Source of the DNA: Lytechinus pictus
Taxonomy: Eukaryota
Direction of reading: 5' to 3'
Length of the DNA: 64,000 nt
Assembly (NCBI RefSeq): GCF_037042905.1
Contig: NC_087245.1
Coordinates: 10,976,001-11,040,000, forward strand
In this document: piece after piece, positions 34,960 through 46,900 of the stretch
Layout: each line of letters opens with the position of its first letter
How positions within the stretch are numbered: position 1 is the stretch's first letter
Made by a program: the position numbers and the translations under genes
The notes under the pieces: generated by a model
Database searches by the model: none
What the model saw: the letters and a program-made list of their open reading frames with translations, nothing else
Told to the model about the DNA's origin: nothing

Positions 34960-37900
34960 ATGACTATATTAATGGACGGAATCTTTAAGGTATCATCTAT
35001 ATCTACGAGATGGGGAAATCTTTAATTTTGCCAATTCGATTTATATATTAAAACAATAAATTGTCGACATGACGAGTTACGCTATCGTCCACTATTATTT
35101 CGTCCTTGAAACATAATAAGTCGACTTCTCAAGACAACGTATCTTGACATTATTTTGTCGATAAACACCTTTTTTTATAAGTCAAGATAACATAGTTCAC
35201 CATGTAAACAAAATAAAGCATTGAGTCGACTTGGCAAAATAATGTATCTTGCTATCTCGTCAATAAGGGATGGAGTTATTACCCGTGATGTAATTGACAA
35301 GTATCTTGGGTAAGGCTAATTCCGTTCATGTTTTAACTTAAGAAGTTTATCAACCACAATATGAACATGTATTTGACGTTGTAATCACAATTTCGAATGT
35401 AGACTCACTGTTCGTGCTAATTCTCATTTTGTCGACAGAAGAAAAAGTACAGCCTTTTGCCGCTCTTTTTGCAATTGATTCCGAAAGAGAATCTGTCAAT
35501 CTGGATGAAGGGATACAAGACTAATGCGGTTGGCTCCAAATGCGCCCGAGAAATGAAGATAATTGCATTCACTCGTGATTTTAATCTACCCGAGGCTGCT
35601 TTGCCTATCTTGTCTGGTAGAGAGCTATCGATCTGCCTTCAAACTCCAGATGATGTCATTTACCTGACAGGGCACAGCGAGTAGGTTGCTGACATTGATT
35701 TTATTATCATTATTATTCAGAATTTCACAAAAATTAATGCGTAATTATTTTATATGTATAGACCCGACCTGCGTCATTCTGAATTTACCACCTCTTTTTC
35801 TAATCTAGATACTGTGGGCATCCATAAAAACGCCACTTTACATGCCTGTGTCAACGAACGCTGACTTCATAAGTGGGAGGCGGTTGTAGAATATTGCCCT
35901 CATTACTATAGCCTCAAATGACGGGTGTCAACAGTCGGTAACGTCCCCCAAATCTTCGATGTTCCTATAAAATTTATGGATAATTTAAACTATTTCCTAC
36001 TCTGAATGTACAAACATTTTATTTTGACCCAGAGTTCTTCCAGGTATTGTTGGACTCAGAATTATTATCCCTTCGGTTGCTATGTGTATGCATTACTTTC
36101 AACTTGTGTTGTACTGGGTTAAATACCTATATTTTGAGAGATTAGTGAAATGTAAATATGAATATTAATGTCCTTCCCAGGCAAGAACGTGAAGCTTTAT
36201 TTCGTCATCTCTCCCACCATCTCACGGCCCATATGTCACCTACTCATTTTGGAGCAGGCAGAGCAGGAATGATATATCATCCACCAAACCGAATGCATTC
36301 TAATGATTATGATCGTTATTATGGATTGTCAAAGGTAATATTACTTGTATCAAAATAATTTCAACAATCATATTTTTCATGCATCTCTCCCCTCTTTCCC
36401 TGAATTATGTAATTTTTTTAATAGCTTATTTAACTTTAATAATTACAACATGCATGCATATTTACCTCATCTTGTATTCAAAATGTTCGTCCAACAAAAT
36501 GTAATAGGCTATTCTTTATTTTGCATTAAAACTACCTTGCAGATAAATATGCACGTATATGGAAGTTTTAAGATTATCTTCCTGTAATTTTGTTGACCTT
36601 TATTTGTTTAAATGACTCAGTTGATTGCTACTGTAAATTGGAAGACCGTATGTATGTGCCTTCTGTTTGTCTGAATTTTAATTCATTTTTAAAGTATGCA
36701 TTTATTAAATAATTGAATTTCACAATCTTATTAATTCAATACTGTGCTTCATAGTCATGATAGTAAATTGTTGTAGGAGATGTAATGACCGAGGTAGAAC
36801 AGTGTAAATGTTTGAGTTGAAAATTTTCTTTCATCCATATTGATGGGGACACATAAAAGTATATAGTTTCGTAATTTTCATTGCCATTTTTTCTTAGAAA
36901 GTTTTGTCTTCTTGTTTCCCTTCATCACAGAGAGAGCCCGGGAGGGGGGGGGGGGGGCAGTCAAATATATTGCTGTACACACGCGTGACCCCCCCGTTTA
37001 AAGGGGTGTTTTTCAGTTTTGGACGCGGTCCGCGCGTGGACTCGTTAAGGGTATTAAAAACAACGGTTTTCAAGAAAAAGGGTGGTTTTGAAAGACTGGT
37101 CAATGGCCAATCGCGGGGTCAAACGTATTCAGGATATTTTTTTCCCAAAGCTTTTTTTTTTTAGACTAGCCAAACGTGTTAAGGGTATTTATTTATTTAT
37201 TTATTTATTATTAATTTATTTATTTCAATATATTTAACCAGGGTAGCCCACTCAGCAATAAACTGGTCTCCCGTGGGGCCCTGGAATACATGATAAAAAC
37301 AAGTATAAAAACATTTAAATACATATGAAATATACACAGAAATATTCTAAATAACTTAACTCATATCATAACAGAAAACAGAGTAGCAAGCATACGGCAT
37401 CTTTAAAAACATGATACTAATTAACAAATTACATACAAAGCAATACATATAGATAAAATAAATTAGATAGACATAGAAAAGTTGATTTCAAATTAAAAGG
37501 CAATAATAAAATTTAAAATTTAAAAAGATGCACTTTCAGTTTCTGTTTAAAGATTGAAAGAGATTTTGACTGTTTCAAATTAAATGGCAAGTTGTTCCAA
37601 AGTAAAATCGCTGAGTAAGATAAAGAGTGTTTAAACATTTCGGTATGAGTTTTTGGGGTGATCAAATTATCTTTTGCTGCATATCTAGTGTTAAAACAAT
37701 GAGAATCACTTGCAAAAGTAAACACATTACGATAGAATTCCGATGACAGACCATTGATACATCTATACATAAAAATACACTTGAAATAGGTAACGCGATC
37801 GTTGAAGGGGAGCCATTGGAGTTCACGAAACATTTCTTTTGAGGGGGTATAAAAATTACATTTTAGGATTAATCTAGCCGCTCTTTTTTTAAGTTTGATT

Positions 37901-40900
37901 ATACGATCTGTGTGCATATTGAAACGCAACCCCCAGATTTCACAGCAATAATCAAGGTGTGATTGGACTAAACATAGGTATAGAGTGTTGAGGGTATTTT
38001 GGTCAACATAAGGCCTAACCCTTCTTAGCATACTTAGGCTGGCATACACCTTTTTACATACATTATCAACTTGGTATGACCAAGATAGGTGTTGATCAAT
38101 TATGACTCCAAGACATTTTATCGTTGTACACCGTTCTATAACATCTCCATTAAATTTGGTAATTACATTTTCCATAGCAATATTAGATAGCTTTCGGGGT
38201 GTCCCTATTAACATAAACGTTGTTTTATCCGTGTTAAGTTTTAGTTTATTTACGTTTAACCATTCTTTTAAGGAACTCATATCATCTTGAAGCTTATATT
38301 GAATATCTTGTGCAGACGTACTGTGAACATATAATGTGGTGTCGTCTGCGTACATGGTAATACTACAATATTTCAGGGTATGAACCAAATCGTCGATGTA
38401 TATTAAGAAAAGGAGCGGCCCAAGGACTGACCCTTGTGGTACTCCTAGCGAAACAGATTGCTCATCTGAGAGAGTGCCTCGTACAACTACTCTTTGTGTT
38501 CTATCATTGAGATAAGAATTAAACCACGTAATAACTTTGTCTGAACATCCAATACGACGTAATTTGACTAACATTACCTGAGTGTCGACAGTGTCCAACG
38601 CACGTTTTAGATCAAATTAAATCGCACCTATTGTTTCCCCAATGTCAATGAAGCGTAACCATTGGTCTGTAAGCGACCCCAGTGCTGCAGAGGTCGAATG
38701 ACCGGGTCTAAAACCGAACTATGTTTTTCCCCCAAGTTTTTTTCCCAGAGTTCATATTTTGGCGACAACTTGTTTGGGGGCCAAATTGTGTTAATAAAGC
38801 CCGCGAAAAACTTGTTTAGGGGTTGATTTTGCACACAGAGAAAAAAACTCGTTAGGGGGTGTTTTGAAATAATTTGGTCACGCGTGTGTACAGCAGTACA
38901 TTTGACTGCCTCCCCCCCCCCCCCAGGAGAGAGAGAGTTTTTTTGTATGTAGGTGTAGCACGTCTTTGTAATAATTCCAAATGTAAATTAGTGGGTGCTG
39001 GATCCTGGTGAGTACAGAGGATTGTGGAGTCATGCCCTTAAATTCCTCCCGGTACCACGAGCGTAAAATATTTCCCAGAGACTCGTGTGTTAAAATGGCA
39101 CTGTTAACAAAATCATAAAAAATAAAGATGGGGTTAGAGGGTCGAATGTTTACCACCAGTGGATAGGTTACATGTTTGACATTCCATATCTGACCGGAAA
39201 ATGGTACTTCGACCAGCTCGTTTTAAAAATAGATCGGCATTTATGAAGACATCTCCTGACGGGATCAAATTCATCACCTGAAACAGTAATGTAGCCCTAA
39301 TTATTCTGCCAGTCAAAAATAGTTCAAAAGTCATCGATATTTCATCCCGGTTTAGGCAATGGAAGTTCTGTTATTGACTTCCCTATAATCAGTGATTGAT
39401 GACCAATCATATTCACACACTTTTGTCAATCAACTACAGGGGCGGATCCAGCCCTCGCCCGGGATTTTTTTTCAGCCATATTTCCCCGATCAGCCGCTCG
39501 AAGATGATTTTTGGTTTCTTTGAAGGGGTAGTCCTATTAGTCACTTCTTAGCTTTATTCTTATAAATCAACATAGATATATATAATATCATATATCCTTA
39601 TATATATAATGCGAGTGCGAAGCGCGAGCAATTTTTTGTGTGGAAATCTTATGTATTTTTTCCTAAAATGTGAACATTCTGTGCAATGTTTGTTATCCTG
39701 AAAAAGATGTGTATGCAACTAAATAATTACAACGAACACGATGCGCGAGCAAAAATGAACTGATGAAAAAGGTACCTGTTAAAGACTGCTTGCAGTTAGC
39801 CATGAAGACGTTACATATTTTTTTTTTTTTTTAATCAAATAATGCGAGCGCGGATTTTTTTTGGCATTTTTACCTAAAGAATGGGAATTCTAAGTACTTT
39901 TTTTTATAACTTAAGCAGAATAGGTATAAAACTGAACATGCGAGCGCTAAGCGCGAGCGGAAAATTTCGAGATTTAGACCTACTGAACGAGGCACTCTAT
40001 ACATGTTATGTAAACCATGAAAAGGATGAGTAATTGGGGATCTTCCTTACATTAATAATGCGAGCGCAAAGCGCGAGCAGAAAATTTTTATATACGTTTT
40101 GAACTGATCGAAAAGGTACCTGTTAAGGACTGCTTGCACTTAGCCATGAAGACGTTACATATTCTAACAATCAAATAATGCGAGCGCGAAGCGCGAGCTG
40201 CAAAATTTTGACATTTCTACATAAAGAATGGAACATTTTAATCAATTTTTTGTAATCGTGAACAGGATAGCTATATAACTAAACAATTGATGCGAGCGCG
40301 AAGCGCGAGCGGAAAAAAAATCGAGATTTACACCTAAAAACGGGACACTCTATGACTAATAGGGGATCTTCCTACATGAATGATGCGAGCACAAAGTGCG
40401 AGCAGAAAATTTTTGATATTTTGTGATCTGAAACTGGATAATGATTTACATAGAGAGAAAGTTGAGTATCTGAATAAACCTGCGCGCGTGTTTCATATTT
40501 AGACCTAGAATCCAGCCATAATAAATAATCTTTTATCATGAAAATTAAAGCGAGCGCGAAGCGCGAGCTTAAACTATTCGATATTCCGATCTGAAAAAAA
40601 GAGTAAATTTCAGCTCTATATTTCAAGCACTTCCTATTCCTCTTGCTAAGCGCGAGATGAAACAAAAATGACAATTAAATTATTAAATTAATATCTTATT
40701 CATTAATGCCTAATGAGGGCGCGAAATCTGATGAAATTATGGCCTGAAAACTGGACATTTTTTGTAATTATAAATAGGATGCATCAGTTAATATATTTGA
40801 ACCATTAATGCGAGCACAAATTGTGAGCCAAATTTTTTTATAAACTATGTAATGTAATTTATATTTTGATTAATAAAGATTGAAAGAAAATAAAAAAAAT

Positions 40901-43900
40901 AAACTATCATGAAAAGGGGACTTAAGAGACATACATAACTCGCCAATCAAAATGCGAGCGTGCAGCGCTAGCTGATACGTTTTGAAAATCAGTCCTGAAA
41001 AGGGATATTTTGAAAACTTTAAGGAATACACGAAAATAATAGGTACCTGATAAATCAAAATTTGCGAGCGCGCAGCGCGAGCAAAAAATGTTAATATTCA
41101 GACTATAAAACTGACATTTTTACAGAGCACTTTTTAAGAATCAATTGTAAATCACATAAAATAATGAAAGTTCGGTTTCCGAGGTGAAATATGTGTTGTA
41201 TATTGACTTGACTTGATATTTAAACTCCATATTGAGCAAGATATGAAAATCACCTAACAGGCAATGCGAGCGCGAAGCGCGAGCGAAAATTTTATATATT
41301 GACATGAAAGATTCTTTTTATTTTACAAGTCTTCTTATTTTATTCACTCGTATTCCTCCTCTTCTTTCTCCTCTTTCCCTCCTTTTTTCTTTTTTTTTTC
41401 TTCCCCTTTTTTCTTTTTTTTGCTCTGCCAATAGGGGGGGGGGGGCCCCTCGGCCCCCCCCGGATCCGCCTATGAACTATAATTGGAATGGGTTAGGTCG
41501 AATGAATGCATTTCGCCTTCCTGTTGTAATTAGGCTCGCGACACCTGCCAAGCTTATTGTTACTTATCGGGCTCCATCATGTATTTCTTTATGCTACATT
41601 ATATCAATTAATTGTATTCCATCAGGTCTGCATTACGTGGGTCTGCAAGTTCTTTCTTGTTTCTTTTTCCCTCCTTTCCTTTTTATTTTTATATAAAACA
41701 AATTACTTTTCATTATAATGCATTCCTGGCTGTAAAGACTTGCCCTGTGTTTTGAAACTGACTTTGAAATTAAATTGATCGAAATACCGATAAATGTTTT
41801 CTCAAAGATTTTCTGTGAGGGCTAGCATGCCTCTTGGCAATAGTATTGCATTTTACTTTAACAGGCCCTGGCCTATGGATATCCATTTTTACCCTCTTCT
41901 TTTTTTTCTATCATTTTACTTATTTATATCTAATTATTCGAATTATATTTTTGTATTTACATTGTACGATTTGTATGTATTCAAGGCCGAAAAGATAATA
42001 ATGTGTAAATATGATGTAATTATTATTATTACTATCATTATTATCACCATTATTATTATTATCATTATCATTATTATTAGCATTATTATTACGTTTGGTT
42101 TGAGGGGAAATTGTAGTTTCGTGCGATAAAAAAACCACTTGTACATATTAGAAAATAAAGATATTGATTCTTTTCCAGGGCGTCCCCAAGCGCGCAAGAA
42201 GTAACACAAATCTTCTTGAGAAGGAGATGTACTTTCCAAGACCTATAGAACAAAATGAGAGCGTCGAACCTGACTACACATATGTTAAGAGTAAGGAGCT
42301 CTTAGATAATGAAATGGAGAAGGAAAGCGTCTACGGTGAAGAATACGGATCAGTCTATGAGAGCATACCTTACTCATTTCCCTCGCGATCTCTACCCCCT
42401 GTACCGCCCAAAGATTGCAGAGCCAAGAATAGGCCTGGTGGACGAGTATTGGGATGCGGCTGCCGCCTAAGACCAAGGAGTGAACAGAGTATTCTGTTTC
42501 CAGACAACATCCCGGAGGATAAAAATGAATGCAACTTCGATATAATTTCCGAGGGCAGTTCGGTGGACAGGGTAGAGACCCTGAGGCCAATTAGAGAGCC
42601 TGAAGCCAACATAGCCTATGGAAGCGACACACCTGAATATCTAGGCGCATTGAGATCGAAGGAAGAATCTCCATTGTGTGGGAGTCCATCGAATCTTGAG
42701 TTCGTCGAGTAAGTGTTGTACTTTTTCCATCTTTTTATTCGAATGATGAATATATAGTGTTTTACAATTCGCTTTCCATACACTCCCGATCACACGCACA
42801 CCCTCACCCACATACATAAGCACACAGGCACATACCCCCACATACATAAGCACACAGGCACATACCCCCACATACATAAGCACACAGGCACATACCCCCA
42901 CACACTTGCACACCCAACGTACACTCATATTTGGCACACAACCGCACCCAACCATACACCTCCACACACTCAAAAACACTGTCACCGGGCCGGCATAAAC
43001 CACCCCAGGCACTAAACAAGTCCATATCTCTTGATATGTTTTTTCGTTTACTCGATGTATTGTAACTTTCTCGCATACTGCTCGTCTTCACTTTGTAAAT
43101 GTATAATTTGGTTATAGATTGCCATGCTGAGGTGGACCTTTGGCATGCACTCCAAAATAATGATTCAGGAAGTTTTCGCAACAGCAACCATGGCAACGCG
43201 GACGGGAATAACACCCCCACAGCTAATGCATTGAATATACCAGTCAAATGACGGTCTTTGTCAAAGGTGGTGAACCAGAACAGCAGTTTTGTCTTAAGTT
43301 TCGGAACTAAGGAAAAAAATTAACTGCCATTTGTCCAGAATCACGGACAAAACTGATGCTCTGATTCACAAACTCTCGACAAAGACTGATTTGAAATGAA
43401 AGGCACTTGACAATACATATTTTGTGTTCCCGAAGACGTCGTGTATTTTTGAAAGAGAAATCTCGTAATTACAACACGACTCTTAGTCTTAATCTGTTTT
43501 TACAAGAACATCGAATCTTACGGAAACAGAACATCTTTATGTATAAACTGTAGATTGTCAAAAGTGAGGTAGTGTGCAATGTTTCGCCGACTCTATTATA
43601 CTTTTCATTTTGTTTTCGTATTAGGTTATATACTGCAACAGTAGGCCAAAAATTGGCAAGCAGGCTGTCTGGAACATAATCTACAAAATTTTAGGCCTAC
43701 ATTAATTTATTTCATGCAAATTGGTGTAAACTGATTATGCTAATTTATGCATAATTAGTATGCAAAATCATACCTATTCCTCTATATATTACATTGTATT
43801 TGCAATTTCTTATGTATTTATCTGTTTTGGGGACCTTTTGTTTTCATTGTTTTTTCATTGCTTTGTCGGGAACTCTTTTGAGATCATAAAAAGCATAAAG

Positions 43901-46900
43901 TAAAGCATAAATCTATTTAGACCAGCAAAACAAAAAATTATCATACATTTATCATTATTGGTTGAAAACACAGTTTGCATTGACTTTGTACACGAAATCA
44001 CTTGTTTGAGCAATTTTTGGTCTGTCATGCACTTACAAAATGTTGCATAATTTCAAAACAGTGTACCCGGGCGTCGCAAATTTGGTCTCAAAAGATGCGC
44101 AAAAACTTAAAAATAAAAAGTCGGCGAGCGACGCAGTCAAAAAATTTCACGCGGCGAAAATATTGCGCGAATCGTTGAGGGGGGGGGGGGGCCTCCGAGG
44201 TCCCCCCGGCCTAGATATGGTTAAAATTCGCAAAAATTGAGCTCCCATGATTTTGTATTCAGGTAACAAATATTGTTCTGAACACATTCTTATTCGATTC
44301 TTTTTCTAGTTTATTAATTAAGGTAACCTTTAAATACAATCCTAAATAAGATTAATTTAAGATTTTATCTAAAGGTTAATTTCATTCTAAGTTATCATTC
44401 CACATATTCAGGACCTTGATGTAAAACAGTGTTTTTATACTGATCTTGTGTTTTTCCTGAATAAATATTTTTCAATCAATCAAAATATATTTTCAAGTTG
44501 TTATTGAAAATATAAGAATGACGTTTAATATAAACCTCATATTTTCAATAACACTTAAAACAAAATATCGAATGATAAGAACTTAGAATGAAATTAAATT
44601 TAATCAAATTAAACTACCAACCTTGCCGTCTTCCCTCCACCATCAGAACGTTCCGAAGACAACATTTCAAAAGGCGCCACACTATCACCTTAAGTAAACC
44701 GACTATGAACTGGAAAGCTGTTCGACTTAGCTATGTGAAAGACGAAATGTTAATGTAAGTATTACGGAAGTATGAATATAGCGGCAATCGCATAAAGCTT
44801 TTTTGTACATCTAAAACTACTTTTCTTTTTCCTTTTTAACTTTACTTTACGATGTAATTTTTCATTTGAGAGAATTGTAACCTTTCCTATGCACTAGGAA
44901 ATCTAGATAAAATGGGTTGAGCGTAGTAATTTTAATCAATTGAAAAAAAGTTTTTTTTTTTTTTCGTAGATGACGGATGAATTTTTTAAACTTATAGTTC
45001 ATTTCGTTTTGGTTATCATTGTCTCTGCAATTCACCCTCTTCACCGATTGTTATTTTCTTGGAATGATACGATTTTCTTTGCTAATGACTATATATAATG
45101 TAGATATAACGTTATGATACGCAGTTACTTTTGATAAATTTGAATACAGGATTGCAGGGCTCCCTGATAACTTGTACAACGAACTTCATGTTGGTGATGT
45201 AATAACGAAGGTAAACAACAACGCTCTTCCATTCAAAGACCGATTCTACGAGCTCATTGAGTCAACTAACAGTGATGAGGTGAGAAGACTTTCAATTGTA
45301 GCATGTTTAGCAACATTGGATTTTCTTTAACCAACTTGACAGGACGTTCCGCCCCAGGACCAAAATCCAATTGAAACCAGTTGGATTTCCAACTGGTTTC
45401 AATTGGTTTCAATTAGTTTCAACTGGTTTCAATTGGTTTTAACTGGAAAATAACAATTTCCAGTTGAAACCAATTGAAACCAGTTGGGCAACTGGAAATC
45501 CTAACTGGAACCCGTTGGGCAACTGGAAATCCTAACTGGAACCAGTTGGGTAACTGGAAATGACTTCCAACTGGAAATGATTTCTAACTGGAACCAGTTG
45601 GGTAACTTGAAATGACTTCCAACTGGAAATGATTTCTAACTGGAACCAGTTGGGTAACTGGAAATCCTAACTGGAACCAGTTGGGTAACTGGAAATGACT
45701 TCCAACTGGAAATGATTTCTAACAGGAACCAGTTGGGTAACTGGAAATGACTTCCAACAGGAAATGATTTCTAACTGGAACCAGTTTGGTAACTGGAAAT
45801 CCTAACTGGAACCAGTTGGGTAACTGGAAATGACTTCCAACTGGAAATGATTTCTAACTGGAACCAGTTGGGTAACTGGAAATGACTTCCAACTGGAAAT
45901 GATTTCTAACTGGAACCAGTTGGGTAACTGGAAATGACTTCCAACTGGAAATGATTTCTAACTGGAACCAGTTGGGTAACTGGAAATCCTAACTGGAACC
46001 AGTTGGGTAACTGGAAATCCTAACTGGAACCAGTTGGGTAACTGGAAATGACTTCCAACTGGAAATGATTTCTAACTGGAACCAGTTGGGTAACTGGAAA
46101 TGACTTCCAACTGGAAATGATTTCTAACTGGAACCAGTTGGGTAACTGGAAATCCTAACTGGAACCAGTTGGGTAACTGGAAATGACTTCCAACTGGAAA
46201 TGATTTCTAACAGGAACCAGTTGGGTAACTGGAAATGACTTCCAACAGGAAATGATTTCTAACTGGAACCAGTTGGGTAACTGGAAATCCTAACTGGAAC
46301 CAGTTGGGTAACTGGAAATCCTAACTGGATCCAGTTGGGTAACTGGAAATGATTTCCAATTGGTTTCCAATTGGAAATTTTCCAGTTACCCAACTGGTTC
46401 CAATTGAAACCAGTTAATTTGCATATTATCTGCCAGTGTGCACAGATTAATGTTTTATGTGATTCATCATCATTTAAAATGTATCTATTTAATTCTTTTC
46501 TATTTCAAGTACCATACTTGTTTCAGATAAGTGTTTAGAATGCTTAGCAGTGAAAACCATGTTCATAAATGTTATAGATTATAATTAAAACAGATTATAA
46601 GATAATTAGTACACCACTAACTGTTACCAAATTATATCAAATACAAATACATATATTTGAAGATCTTTCATGAAAATATATATACATTATGAAAGTCTAT
46701 TTATCAATGCCCTTTACATTGGTATTATAGACATATAGCACTGCTTCTTTGTTGGCATGAGCAATAGTTAGTGCAAAATCTAATTAATTTGTAACTAATT
46801 AAGTCATTCTAACTGGAAGTTCCAATTGGATCCAGTTGGAAACCAATTAGTTTCAACTGGTTCCAGTTGAAACCAGTTGCCTCCAATTGGTTTCAACTGG

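Noticed and set aside
35809..35920. Extra adaptor exon with an in-frame TGA
   Set aside because: The phase-compatible frame stops almost immediately, while the 35680-36181 join is in frame and completes the PH helix.
43625..43680. Candidate linker exon of the adaptor gene
   Set aside because: There is no phase-compatible donor. Exon 44647-44754 fills the gap correctly.
45480..46410. CRISPR-like repeat array
   Set aside because: The intervening sequences are repeated rather than unique spacers, there are no cas genes, and the array lies inside a TIR element in a eukaryotic intron.
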